Source: Candidatus Fervidibacter sinensis
GTDB lineage: Bacteria; Armatimonadota; Fervidibacteria; Fervidibacterales; Fervidibacteraceae
DNA: 64,000 nt
Strand: one strand, 5' to 3'
Assembly (NCBI GenBank): GCA_032161045.1
Contig: JAVHTH010000010.1
Shown piece by piece: positions 1 through 8,435 of the stretch (positions are counted from its first letter, which is position 1; each line of letters starts with the position of its first letter). The notes under the pieces were generated by a model. The model was not told the origin of the DNA and did not search any database. It worked only from the letters and a program-made list of their open reading frames with translations. The position numbers and the translations under genes were made by a program.

Positions 1-276
1 CGCACACCGCCCAAAATGCAGTTGCACCTTTTGGTGGAATGCAAGAAGTTGCCCGAAGTTGTGGACGAAATAGCAAGAGCCGTCCTGCAATCTTTAGGAA
101 TTGACCCGACCGACGAGGAGAAAATGAAGAAGGCTTCTTTGGCTGTTGAGGAAGTCATGCGACGGTATGTCATGGCTTTTGAATGGTGTGGTTTCACGGT
201 TTTTTGCCAAGAGGCAAAGGGCTACGACCCTTGGAAGTTACAGGAGGCTGAACCTGTAAGTTGGGCTGGAGATTGA
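1..276 (+). CDS. 3' end of an unidentified CDS entering from upstream of the window
   Basis: Frame 1 is open from base 1 to TGA at 274-276. No family recognised from the visible residues. Confidence 0.35.
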   Translation, partial: RTPPKMQLHLLVECKKLPEVVDEIARAVLQSLGIDPTDEEKMKKASLAVEEVMRRYVMAFEWCGFTVFCQEAKGYDPWKLQEAEPVSWAGD

Positions 277-291
277 TGAACCCAAACCGTC

Positions 292-536
292 GTAGGGGCG
301 GATGAAATCCGCCCAAAAATTTCGGGCAGGTTACACCTGCCCCTACAAATCGTTGCAGGAGCGATGAAATCCGCCCGAAAATTTCGGGCAGGCTTCGCCT
401 GCCCCTACAAACCATCGTAGGGGGCGGATGAAATCCGCCCAAAAATTTCGGGCAGGCTTTGCCTGCCCCTACAAATCGTTGTAGGGGCGGATGAAATCCG
501 CCCAAAAAAATTCGGGTAGGCTTTGCCTGTCCCTAC
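292..536 (+). repeat. Tandem array of four REPIN-like double-hairpin units (family A)
   Basis: Units start at 292, 352, 417 and 481. Each is GTAG+GGGCGGAT-GAA-ATCCGCCC, then linker GAAAATTTC, then GGGCAGGC-TTC-GCCTGCCC+CTAC, i.e. two inverted GTAG-headed palindromes. Confidence 0.85.
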
Positions 537-562
537 AAATTCGTTCAAGGCAGGTGACACAA

Positions 563-1291
563 ATGGCGGTGCAGACGGAAGTCGTCACCGAAACTGTGAC
601 CGTTTACATCATGGGCAAACGCTACGAAGTCCCTAAGGGCTTGACAATTTTGAAGGCGATGGAGTATGCGGGTTATCGGCTGGTGAGAGGTGTTGGGTGT
701 CGTGGTGGCTTTTGTGGCGCCTGCGCGACGGTTTACAGAAAAGCGGGGGATTTTAGGCTTAGGGTTGGACTTGCTTGTCAAACCGTTGTTGAGGATGGCA
801 TGTATCTGACCCAAATCCCATTCTACCCAGCCACGAAAGCCATTTACGACATTGATGCCTTACGCCCAAGCGCTGAAGCCATTTTGCGCTACTACCCTGA
901 AGTGACCAGATGCTTGCAATGTGGAACTTGTCTAAAAGTTTGCCCGCAGGAACTTGATGTGATGCGCTACATTGCTGCGGCAATGAGGGGCGACATCGCA
1001 AAAGCGGCAGACTTGTCCTTTGACTGCATCCAATGTGGTCTATGCACCAGCCGCTGCCCAGCGGAAATTTCCCACTACCATGTCGCAATGCTTGCCCGCC
1101 GACTTTACGCTAAGCACATTGCCCCACCTGCACCGCATTTGGCGCAGCGACTTGAGGAAATTCGTGCCGGCAAATTTGACGCTGAACTGGAGGCGTTAAT
1201 GAAAGCCGACAAGGAAACTTTGCGGAAACTCTACGCCGAACGGGACATTGAACCTGAGGAATTGGTCCCGACCAAAACCGACGAAGACTGA
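563..1291 (+). CDS. SdhB/FrdB-like iron-sulfur protein (2Fe-2S ferredoxin-like N-domain plus two 4Fe-4S motifs)
   Basis: CRGGFCGACA cysteine cluster, then CLQCGTCLKVCP and CIQCGLCTSRCP. ATG at 563 chosen because the ORF-track N-terminus translates the REP array. Confidence 0.75.
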   Translation: MAVQTEVVTETVTVYIMGKRYEVPKGLTILKAMEYAGYRLVRGVGCRGGFCGACATVYRKAGDFRLRVGLACQTVVEDGMYLTQIPFYPATKAIYDIDALRPSAEAILRYYPEVTRCLQCGTCLKVCPQELDVMRYIAAAMRGDIAKAADLSFDCIQCGLCTSRCPAEISHYHVAMLARRLYAKHIAPPAPHLAQRLEEIRAGKFDAELEALMKADKETLRKLYAERDIEPEELVPTKTDED

Positions 1292-1305
1292 AAGGAGGCG
1301 AGTAG

Positions 1306-1896
1306 ATGAAACAGACAGCGGAAATTGAGCAGGTCGCCCGAACGGATGAAATCCCTATTGTGCTGACGGAAGAGGCGCGAAAGTTCACTCAAGAAGTCAT
1401 AAAGCGTTCGGGCGAACGAGTTGACTGGTGCTACCAATGCGGCAAATGCACCGCCGGTTGCCCAGTTGCTTTCGCAATGGACATAGAGCCGTCAAGAGTG
1501 ATGAGGCTGGTCCAGTTGGGGCAAGGTGAACGGGTGCTGAAGAGCAGGGCAATTTGGCTTTGTGTCAGTTGCCAAACTTGCACGACAAGGTGCCCGCAAG
1601 AAATTGACCCTGCGAAAGTGATGGACACTTTGCGGGAGATGGCGATGGAAAAAGGTTACGCCGCCGACCGCGAAGTCGTCACCTTCTTCAATTCCTTCCT
1701 TGACAATATCCGCAGGTTTGGTCGCACTTTTGAGCCGATGCTCGTGTTCCAATACAACCTGAAAAGCGGTCACTTCTTCCAAGATGCTGACAAGGGTTTG
1801 CTGTTGCTCTCCAAGGGCAAACTGCCGTTGCGACCATCTGGCAACAGCGAATCTATTCGGCGAATTTTTGAGGCACTGGAGGGAAGGAAGCGATGA
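1306..1896 (+). CDS. hdrC: HdrC-like heterodisulfide reductase subunit (4Fe-4S dicluster)
   Basis: CYQCGKCTAGCP and CVSCQTCTTRCP motifs. Size and position directly upstream of an HdrB-like gene. 14-nt gap from the previous gene. Confidence 0.75.
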   Translation: MKQTAEIEQVARTDEIPIVLTEEARKFTQEVIKRSGERVDWCYQCGKCTAGCPVAFAMDIEPSRVMRLVQLGQGERVLKSRAIWLCVSCQTCTTRCPQEIDPAKVMDTLREMAMEKGYAADREVVTFFNSFLDNIRRFGRTFEPMLVFQYNLKSGHFFQDADKGLLLLSKGKLPLRPSGNSESIRRIFEALEGRKR

Positions 1897-2756
1897 CGAC
1901 TTACGCATACTTTCCGGGCTGCTCGGCTCACGGGACGGCAAAGGAGTATGACCAATCAACGCGCAGCGTTTGCTTAAGGCTTGGGATTGAGTTGAACGAA
2001 ATTCCGGAGTGGGTTTGCTGTGGCGCTTCACCCGCTCATGCTGTCAACCCGTTGCTTTCGCTCGCTTTGGTGGCGAAAAGCCTTGACTTGTCGCCATCAG
2101 ACCAAATTGTCACAGGTTGCGCTGCTTGCTTCAACCGTTTCAAAACTGCCCTTTACACTCTGCAGCACGACAAACCGCTGTGGGAACAAGTGAAACAAAT
2201 CGTTCAGCCGACGAGGTTGAACGGCAGGGAGTTTCGCGTCGCTCACTTGCTTGAAGCAATTTGCGACGATTTTGGGCTTGACAACCTGAAGGAACGGGTG
2301 ACGAAGCCGTTGAAAGGCTTGAAGGTCGCTTGTTACTATGGCTGCTTGCTTGTCCGACCGCCAAAGGTCATGGTCTTTGATGACCCGGACAACCCGATGA
2401 AGATGGACGAATTGATGAAAGCGGTTGGCGCCGAGCCCGTTGAGTGGGAGTTCAAGACCGAGTGTTGCGGTGCGTTCCATGCTATCCCGCACCCTGAAAT
2501 CGTGCTGACACTGACGAGCAAGATTTTGCAGGCAGCAAAAGATGCAGGTGCCGATGTCATCTCCGTCGCTTGCCCGATGTGCCAAATCAATCTTGACTTG
2601 CGCCAACTTGACCTGAAAAAGCAGGGCAAGTCCTTTGACATCCCCGTCCTTTACTTCACGCAAATTTTGGGGCTTGCGCTCGGTATCGCGGAGAACGAAC
2701 TTGGGCTTGACAGACTTATCGTTGACCCGAGACCGAGATTGAGAGAAATTGGATAG
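1893..2756 (+). CDS. hdrB: HdrB-like subunit with two CCG cysteine-rich domains
   Basis: YFPGCS start, WVCCGASPAH and TECCGAFH CCG motifs. ATGA start/stop overlap with hdrC. Confidence 0.8.
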   Translation: MTTYAYFPGCSAHGTAKEYDQSTRSVCLRLGIELNEIPEWVCCGASPAHAVNPLLSLALVAKSLDLSPSDQIVTGCAACFNRFKTALYTLQHDKPLWEQVKQIVQPTRLNGREFRVAHLLEAICDDFGLDNLKERVTKPLKGLKVACYYGCLLVRPPKVMVFDDPDNPMKMDELMKAVGAEPVEWEFKTECCGAFHAIPHPEIVLTLTSKILQAAKDAGADVISVACPMCQINLDLRQLDLKKQGKSFDIPVLYFTQILGLALGIAENELGLDRLIVDPRPRLREIG

Positions 2757-2869
2757 TAGGGGCGGATGAAATCCGCCCGAAAATTCGGGCAGGTTACACC
2801 TGCCCCTACAAATCGTTGCGGGGGCGGATGAAATCCGCCCGAAAATTCGGGCAGGCTTCGCCTGCCCCT
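2756..2869 (+). repeat. Two family-A REPIN units between hdrB and hdrA
   Basis: Units at 2756-2809 and 2815-2869, same architecture as 292-536. The GTAG head begins on the last base of the hdrB stop codon. The hdrA Shine-Dalgarno sequence GGAGG follows directly. Confidence 0.85.
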
Positions 2870-2885
2870 TACGGAGGTTTGGTTT

Positions 2886-4865
2886 ATGGCTCGCATCGGC
2901 GTGTTCATTTGTCACTGCGGCGAAAACATCGCTCGGACCGTTGATGTGGCGAAAGTTCGGGATGCGTTGGCAAAGCATCCCGGTGTCGTCCATTCCATTG
3001 ATTACCGCTACATGTGCTCAGCGCCGGGGCAGGAATTGATTCGTGAAGCCATCAAGGAGAAGGGCTTGACAGGTGTTGTGGTTGCTGCTTGCTCGCCGCA
3101 CATGCACGAACCGACTTTCCGCAAGGCATGCATGGCAGCAGGGTTGAACCCATACCTGTGTGAAATGGCGAACATCCGCGAACATTGCTCTTGGGTTCAC
3201 AGCGACCGGGAAAGGGCAACGGAGAAAGCAATTGAGTTGGTTCGGTTTTTGGTTGAGAAAGTGAAGCGCAATCGCCCCTTGACACCCATAAAAGTCCCTG
3301 TCACCAAGCGGGCTTTGGTCATTGGCGGTGGCATTGCCGGGATTCAGGCTGCCCTTGACATCGCTAATGGAGGCTATGAGGTCATTTTGGTTGAGCGCCA
3401 GCCCTCAATTGGCGGTCACATGGCTCAACTTTCCGAGACCTTCCCTACCCTTGACTGTTCTCAGTGCATTTTGACGCCCAAGATGGTTGAGGTCCGCCAA
3501 CACCCGAATATCCGCTTGCTCACTTACTCGGAAGTTGAAGATGTCAAGGGCTATGTCGGCAACTTTGAGGTCACGATTCGCAAAAAGGCTCGCTATGTCA
3601 ACGAAGAAGTTTGCACGGGTTGCGGTGCCTGCATCCAAAGGTGTCCGCAAAAGCGAATTCCATCGGAGTTTGACCGGGGCTTGGGACGACGGACGGCAAT
3701 TTACATCCCGTTCCCGCAGGCTGTCCCGAACATCCCAGTCATTGACCGAGAACATTGCGCCTACTTCCGTCGCGGTGGTTGTAGGTTGTGCGAAAAGGAA
3801 TGCCCGAGAGGAGCAATTGACTTCAACCAGCAAGACCAACTGATAACCGAAAAAGTCGGCGCTATCATTCTGGCGACCGGTTATGACCTAATCCCGTCCG
3901 ACCTTTACAGCGAGTATGGTGGTGGGCGATACAAGGATGTCATTGATGGTCTGCAGTTTGAGCGGTTGCTTTCCGCATCGGGACCAACCAACGGTGAGGT
4001 CCTGCGACCTTCTGACGGAAAAGAAGTCAAGTCGGTCGTTTTCATCTCTTGCGTTGGCTCTCGCGACCGTTCCAAAGGCATTCCCTATTGCTCAAAAATC
4101 TGCTGCATGTATGCCGCGAAACACGCCATCCTGTTCAAGCACAAAGTCCACGACGGTCAAGCCTTCGTGTTTTACATGGATGTTAGGGCTGCAGGGAAGG
4201 GCTACGAGGAGTTTGTTCGCCGTGCGATTGAAGAGGAGGGCGTCGTTTACCTGCGCGGACGAGTCTCAAAGATTTACCAGCAAGACGGAAAGTTGATTGT
4301 CCGAGGGGTTGACACTTTGAGCGGTATGCCTGTGGAAATTCCTGCAGACCTTGTTGTTCTGGCGACAGCGATAAAGGCATCTGACGGGGTGACCGAACTG
4401 GCGCAAAAATTGGGTGTCCCTGTTGACGAACATGGGTTCCTTTCCGAAGCCCACCCTAAACTTCGCCCGGTTGAAACCCAAGTTGCTGGAGTTTTCCTTG
4501 CGGGCGCTTGTCAGGCGCCGAAAGACATCCCTGACACGGTTGCACAAGCGAGCGGCGCCGCAAGCAAGGTCCTTGCGATGTTTTCACAGGACGCAATTGA
4601 ACGAGAGCCAACGATTGCTAAAGTCAACGAGCAAACATGTGTCGGCTGTTTTGAGTGCCAGCGTGTCTGCCCGTATCGTGCGATTGAGCGGAAAGAAATT
4701 CGCGACCGTCAGGGCAATCTCGTCAAAGTCGTCGCTTATGTCAATCCCGGAGTTTGCGCAGGTTGTGGTGCTTGCACTGTTGCTTGTCGTAACCACAGCG
4801 TTGACCTTGAAGGTTTCGCTGAAGAGCAAATGTTTGCGGAAATTTGCGCAATCACGGCGGCGTAA
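2886..4865 (+). CDS. hdrA: HdrA-like FAD- and FeS-containing subunit
   Basis: GGGIAGIQAALD dinucleotide fold. Four CxxCxxCxxxC(P) motifs (CTGCGACIQRCP, CRLCEKECP, CVGCFECQRVCP, CAGCGACTVACR). 659 aa. Confidence 0.8.
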   Translation: MARIGVFICHCGENIARTVDVAKVRDALAKHPGVVHSIDYRYMCSAPGQELIREAIKEKGLTGVVVAACSPHMHEPTFRKACMAAGLNPYLCEMANIREHCSWVHSDRERATEKAIELVRFLVEKVKRNRPLTPIKVPVTKRALVIGGGIAGIQAALDIANGGYEVILVERQPSIGGHMAQLSETFPTLDCSQCILTPKMVEVRQHPNIRLLTYSEVEDVKGYVGNFEVTIRKKARYVNEEVCTGCGACIQRCPQKRIPSEFDRGLGRRTAIYIPFPQAVPNIPVIDREHCAYFRRGGCRLCEKECPRGAIDFNQQDQLITEKVGAIILATGYDLIPSDLYSEYGGGRYKDVIDGLQFERLLSASGPTNGEVLRPSDGKEVKSVVFISCVGSRDRSKGIPYCSKICCMYAAKHAILFKHKVHDGQAFVFYMDVRAAGKGYEEFVRRAIEEEGVVYLRGRVSKIYQQDGKLIVRGVDTLSGMPVEIPADLVVLATAIKASDGVTELAQKLGVPVDEHGFLSEAHPKLRPVETQVAGVFLAGACQAPKDIPDTVAQASGAASKVLAMFSQDAIEREPTIAKVNEQTCVGCFECQRVCPYRAIERKEIRDRQGNLVKVVAYVNPGVCAGCGACTVACRNHSVDLEGFAEEQMFAEICAITAA

Positions 4866-4871
4866 AATCCT

Positions 4872-4979
4872 GTAGGGGCGGATGTAAATCCGCCCGAAAA
4901 ATTTGGGCAGGTTGCGCCAAGACTTGTAGGGGCGGATGAAATCCGCCCGAAAAATTCGGACAGGCTTTGCTTGTCCCTA
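4872..4979 (+). repeat. Family-A REPIN units (one truncated, one full) between hdrA and the flavoprotein gene
   Basis: GTAGGGGCGGATGTAAATCCGCCC... at 4872 and GTAGGGGCGGATGAAATCCGCCC...GGACAGGCTTTGCTTGTCC at 4926-4979. Confidence 0.8.
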
Positions 4980-5078
4980 AAGTTGTAAGGCAGGTGAAAT
5001 CTTTCGCCGATAAATGTCAGTGTGACGCTTAATGCAAACTGACAGTTTGCGCAGCATAATTTTTGCTGAGGGAGGCGA

Positions 5079-6722
5079 ATGGAGATGCCTTACCCTGAGA
5101 TGATGCAAGAGAGCATCGCAAAAGTGGAAGAAACCCGGAGCCGAAGGTTGCGGGAGGAATTCCCGCGACTTTCCCTTGAAGAGAGGCAGCGCTTGCTTGA
5201 AGCCTATCACCCTGACTATCGCCGCGAGACTTTCAGACCGCTCGCCGTTGGTCCAAACAAAGGCGATTTAGTTCCCAACGAACTTGCAGACTTGCTTGAA
5301 GCACGAAGTCGCATTGACCCCGACCTTTTTGACCTTTCACGGGTGGACTACGAGACCGATGTCCTCATCATCGGTGGTGGCGGTGCTGGGACGGCTGCAG
5401 CGCTTTGGGCACAAGAGCAAGGCGTTGATGTGCTGATTGCGACGAAATTGCGTTGGGGCGATGCAAACACAATGATGGCTCAGGGCGGAATTCAAGCAGC
5501 GGACAAGCCTAATGATTCCCCTGCCCGCCACTACCTTGATGTCATGGGCGGAGGTGGGTTTGTCAACATCCCAGAACTTGTCAAGGCTCTTGTCACCGAC
5601 GCTCCCTTTATAATCCGCTGGCTTGAATCGCTTGGTGTAATGTTTGACAAGGAACCAGATGGGACGATGATCACCGTTCACGGTGGTGGGACTTCCCGCA
5701 GGAGGATGCACTCATGTCGTGACTATACTGGCATGGAAATCATGCGGGTGCTTCGCGATGAAGCGCGCAACAGGGGAATTCAAGCGTGGGAGTTTAGACC
5801 AGCCGTTGAGTTGCTATTAGACGAACACCGACAATGTGTCGGAGCGATACTTTACGACTTGGAGACCGAAGAGTATTTCGTTGTGAGGGCAAAAGCGGTT
5901 GTCTTGGCGACTGGCGGGATGGGAAGGTTGCATGTTCAAGGCTTTCCCACAACGAACCACTACGGCGCAACTGCCGACGGCATCGTTATCGCTTACCGTG
6001 CCGGTGCTCGCATGATTTTCATGGACACTGTTCAGTATCACCCAACAGGCGTCGCCTACCCTGAGCAAATTTTGGGACAACTGGTGACGGAGAAAGTTCG
6101 CGGCTTGGGCGCTCACCTTGTCAATGTTGACGGCGAGCGTTTCATTTATGAACTTGAGACCCGCGATGTCGTTTCCGCTGCGATTATCCGCGAGTGCACG
6201 GATAGGGGCAAAGGTGTAGTGACGCCGACAGGCATGCTCGGAGTTTGGCTTGACACTCCCATGATTGACATCTTGAGGGGTAAAGGAACGATTCAAAGGG
6301 CGTTGCCCGCAATGGTCCGGCAATTCGCTCGGTTCGGGATTGACATAACGAAAGAGCCAATTTTAGTCTACCCAACCCAGCATTATCAGAACGGTGGAAT
6401 TCTCATTCGTGAAGATGCTTCTTGCGATATCCCGGGTTTGTTTGTTGCCGGCGAGGTCAGCGGTGGCGTTCACGGTCGCAACAGGTTGATGGGCAACTCG
6501 CTCCTTGACATTTTGGTCTTCGGGAGGCGAGCGGGTTTGAGCGCAGCACAGTGGGCGAAACAAGCGTCACCGGGAACTCCGACTCTGGACCATGTCCGTG
6601 ACTACCACAGGCAACTCCAAGAGGCTGGCATTAACACTGACCGAGTATCTCCGATGCTTTTGCCCGACTACACTTCCCCAATAGCCCGAATCCGTAGGCT
6701 TGGGGGAGTTCCAATTGGGTAA
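5079..6722 (+). CDS. FAD flavoprotein of the SdhA/FrdA/NadB family
   Basis: DVLIIGGGGAGTAAAL Rossmann motif, QGGI, HYQNGGI and RNRLMGNSLLD-type motifs typical of fumarate reductase/succinate dehydrogenase flavoproteins. GGAGG upstream. Confidence 0.75.
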   Translation: MEMPYPEMMQESIAKVEETRSRRLREEFPRLSLEERQRLLEAYHPDYRRETFRPLAVGPNKGDLVPNELADLLEARSRIDPDLFDLSRVDYETDVLIIGGGGAGTAAALWAQEQGVDVLIATKLRWGDANTMMAQGGIQAADKPNDSPARHYLDVMGGGGFVNIPELVKALVTDAPFIIRWLESLGVMFDKEPDGTMITVHGGGTSRRRMHSCRDYTGMEIMRVLRDEARNRGIQAWEFRPAVELLLDEHRQCVGAILYDLETEEYFVVRAKAVVLATGGMGRLHVQGFPTTNHYGATADGIVIAYRAGARMIFMDTVQYHPTGVAYPEQILGQLVTEKVRGLGAHLVNVDGERFIYELETRDVVSAAIIRECTDRGKGVVTPTGMLGVWLDTPMIDILRGKGTIQRALPAMVRQFARFGIDITKEPILVYPTQHYQNGGILIREDASCDIPGLFVAGEVSGGVHGRNRLMGNSLLDILVFGRRAGLSAAQWAKQASPGTPTLDHVRDYHRQLQEAGINTDRVSPMLLPDYTSPIARIRRLGGVPIG

Positions 6723-6779
6723 AGTGGCGGTGCATCGGTTGGGTAACAGAAGTTTGGTTGCGCTAAATTGAGCATAAAA

Positions 6780-6811
6780 GGGCAGGTGAAGAAGCCTGCC
6801 CGCATTTTTTC
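6780..6811 (+). terminator. Rho-independent terminator after the redox cluster
   Basis: GGGCAGG-tgaagaag-CCTGCCC stem-loop followed by a T6 run. Confidence 0.6.
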
Positions 6812-6855
6812 TAAGGTGTGTTTGAGCGTGGGGGCTCTAAATAGGGTGATAAGCG

Positions 6856-8319
6856 ATGCAAACGACGGAAGAAAAAACTTCTGCGCCTGAAGCGGAAAAG
6901 GCAAAGGTGTTGACAATAGAAAGTTTGGCGGAAAGTTTCGCCACCGCCGAGTTGAGGGGCGGGTTGTGTCGGTGGTTCGCTCAACTGAGATGGGGAGCGA
7001 TTGTTGGTGCCGCATTGACAATCATCGTGGCTGCATCTTTGGGAGTTCAGTTGCCGTTACTTTGGCTTTTCCTCACCCTCGCATTCATCGCCCTTTACAA
7101 TGTCGTTTTCCTTTACCTGACTGACCCTCGCCGACCTTCCCGTGTTGACCCGCATCGGTGTGCGTTGTTTCAGGCAACTGCGGATTTGGTTGCTTTGACC
7201 ACGCTGCTTCACTTTTCGGGGAGCATAGAGAACCCGTTTGCTTTCTTCTTCATCTTCCACATGATCATCGCCAGCGTGTTGTTGCCAATTCAATGGGCTT
7301 GGGGGTTAGCATCACTCGCTACTGTTCTGTTTGGTGGAACAGTCTTGGCGGAACATCACGGCTTGCTCACCCACTACCACTTGAACCCGTTCCCGATGAT
7401 CTGTAAATCGCCTCTTTTCGTTGTCGGGACATTGGTTGCGTTCGCTACAACGCTGCATGTCACGGTCTTTATGACTTCGGTTATCGCCACTCGGCTCAGA
7501 CGCCGGGAGCGAGAGGTCAAGGAGTTGGCTCAAACTTTGCGACAATATTCGGAGGAGTTGGAAGAAGCCAATGAACGATTGGAGCAATTGGAGCGGATGA
7601 AATCCACTCACCTGCGCAAGATGAGCCACGAACTGAGGGCGCCTTTAAATGCCGCCAAGAGCCTGATCAACATTCTGAAGGCTGGCTACAAGGGAGAACT
7701 ACCTCCGCCCGCATTGGAGACTTTGGACCGAATTTCAACTCGCTTGGACGAGATGCTCGCCATTGTCAATAGCATTTTAACGCTCTCTCGGGTGCGAGAT
7801 GCCCGTCTAACTCAGGAGCGGGAATGGGTTGATTTCGGTCGCATTGTGAGTGAAGTTGTAGAAGGTTTGCGAGCCAACGCTTTGGCGAAAAACATTGACC
7901 TTCAAGTTGATTTGCTCAGGGGCATCCCACACATTTGGGGAGTCCCTGAAGCCCTGAGGGAGATCGCCTCAAACTTGATTGACAACGCCATCCGATACAC
8001 ACCGAAAGGCGGCAGAGTTGAGGTTCTACTCTACCCGCATGAAGGCGACATCATCTTTCAAGTCAGCGATACCGGCATTGGTATCCCGCCAGAGGATTTG
8101 CCTCATATCTTTGAGGAGTTTTACCGAAGCAGGAACGCAAAAGAGTTCGTCCACGAAGGGACAGGGTTGGGATTGTCAATTGTCAAGTCCGCCGTTGAAG
8201 CCCACAACGGCGAAATTGAGGTCTTCAGCGAACTCGGCAAAGGAACGACTTTCACTGTAACGCTGCCCACCCGAACCAAAGGGAAAGAAGTAGCAAGTGA
8301 AACCAGCGATTTAGAGTGA
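6856..8319 (+). CDS. Membrane sensor histidine kinase
   Basis: Multi-helix hydrophobic N-half, HisKA H-box (MSHELRAPLN), and N, G1 (DTGIGI) and G2 (GTGLGLSI) boxes. No adjacent response regulator. Confidence 0.85.
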   Translation: MQTTEEKTSAPEAEKAKVLTIESLAESFATAELRGGLCRWFAQLRWGAIVGAALTIIVAASLGVQLPLLWLFLTLAFIALYNVVFLYLTDPRRPSRVDPHRCALFQATADLVALTTLLHFSGSIENPFAFFFIFHMIIASVLLPIQWAWGLASLATVLFGGTVLAEHHGLLTHYHLNPFPMICKSPLFVVGTLVAFATTLHVTVFMTSVIATRLRRREREVKELAQTLRQYSEELEEANERLEQLERMKSTHLRKMSHELRAPLNAAKSLINILKAGYKGELPPPALETLDRISTRLDEMLAIVNSILTLSRVRDARLTQEREWVDFGRIVSEVVEGLRANALAKNIDLQVDLLRGIPHIWGVPEALREIASNLIDNAIRYTPKGGRVEVLLYPHEGDIIFQVSDTGIGIPPEDLPHIFEEFYRSRNAKEFVHEGTGLGLSIVKSAVEAHNGEIEVFSELGKGTTFTVTLPTRTKGKEVASETSDLE

Positions 8320-8435
8320 CCTAATGCAGCGTCATCCGAAAATTGACGACTCTTTCCATTGCACTCCATCGGCGCTAAACTGACTTTGCCGAATACTCTG
8401 GCAAGTCATCAGAGTTTAAGGAGGGAAAGCATTGC

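Noticed and set aside
194-505. 103-aa minus-strand ORF (also 2651-2908, 39534-39863, 39637-39897, 63598-63873)
   Set aside because: These are translations of the REP/REPIN arrays: repetitive GGFHPP.../GRGFTPRRK... peptides with no RBS. They are artefacts of the repeats.
292-536. Possible CRISPR array, given regularly spaced repeats of about 55 nt
   Set aside because: The gaps between units are only 5-9 nt and are themselves conserved (AAATCGTT), so there are no unique spacers. The units are double palindromes with GTAG heads, and no cas genes lie nearby.
2097-2993. 298-aa minus-strand ORF
   Set aside because: It is antisense to the well-supported hdrB gene and runs through the REP units. 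No recognisable motifs.
2886-4865. Selenocysteine in HdrA
   Set aside because: No in-frame TGA interrupts the ORF, and the relevant cysteine motifs are encoded by TGC/TGT.
8320-8435. T-box or other leader upstream of thrS
   Set aside because: The region is only 115 nt, and I could not identify a specifier loop, a T-box consensus or a terminator/antiterminator pair by eye.
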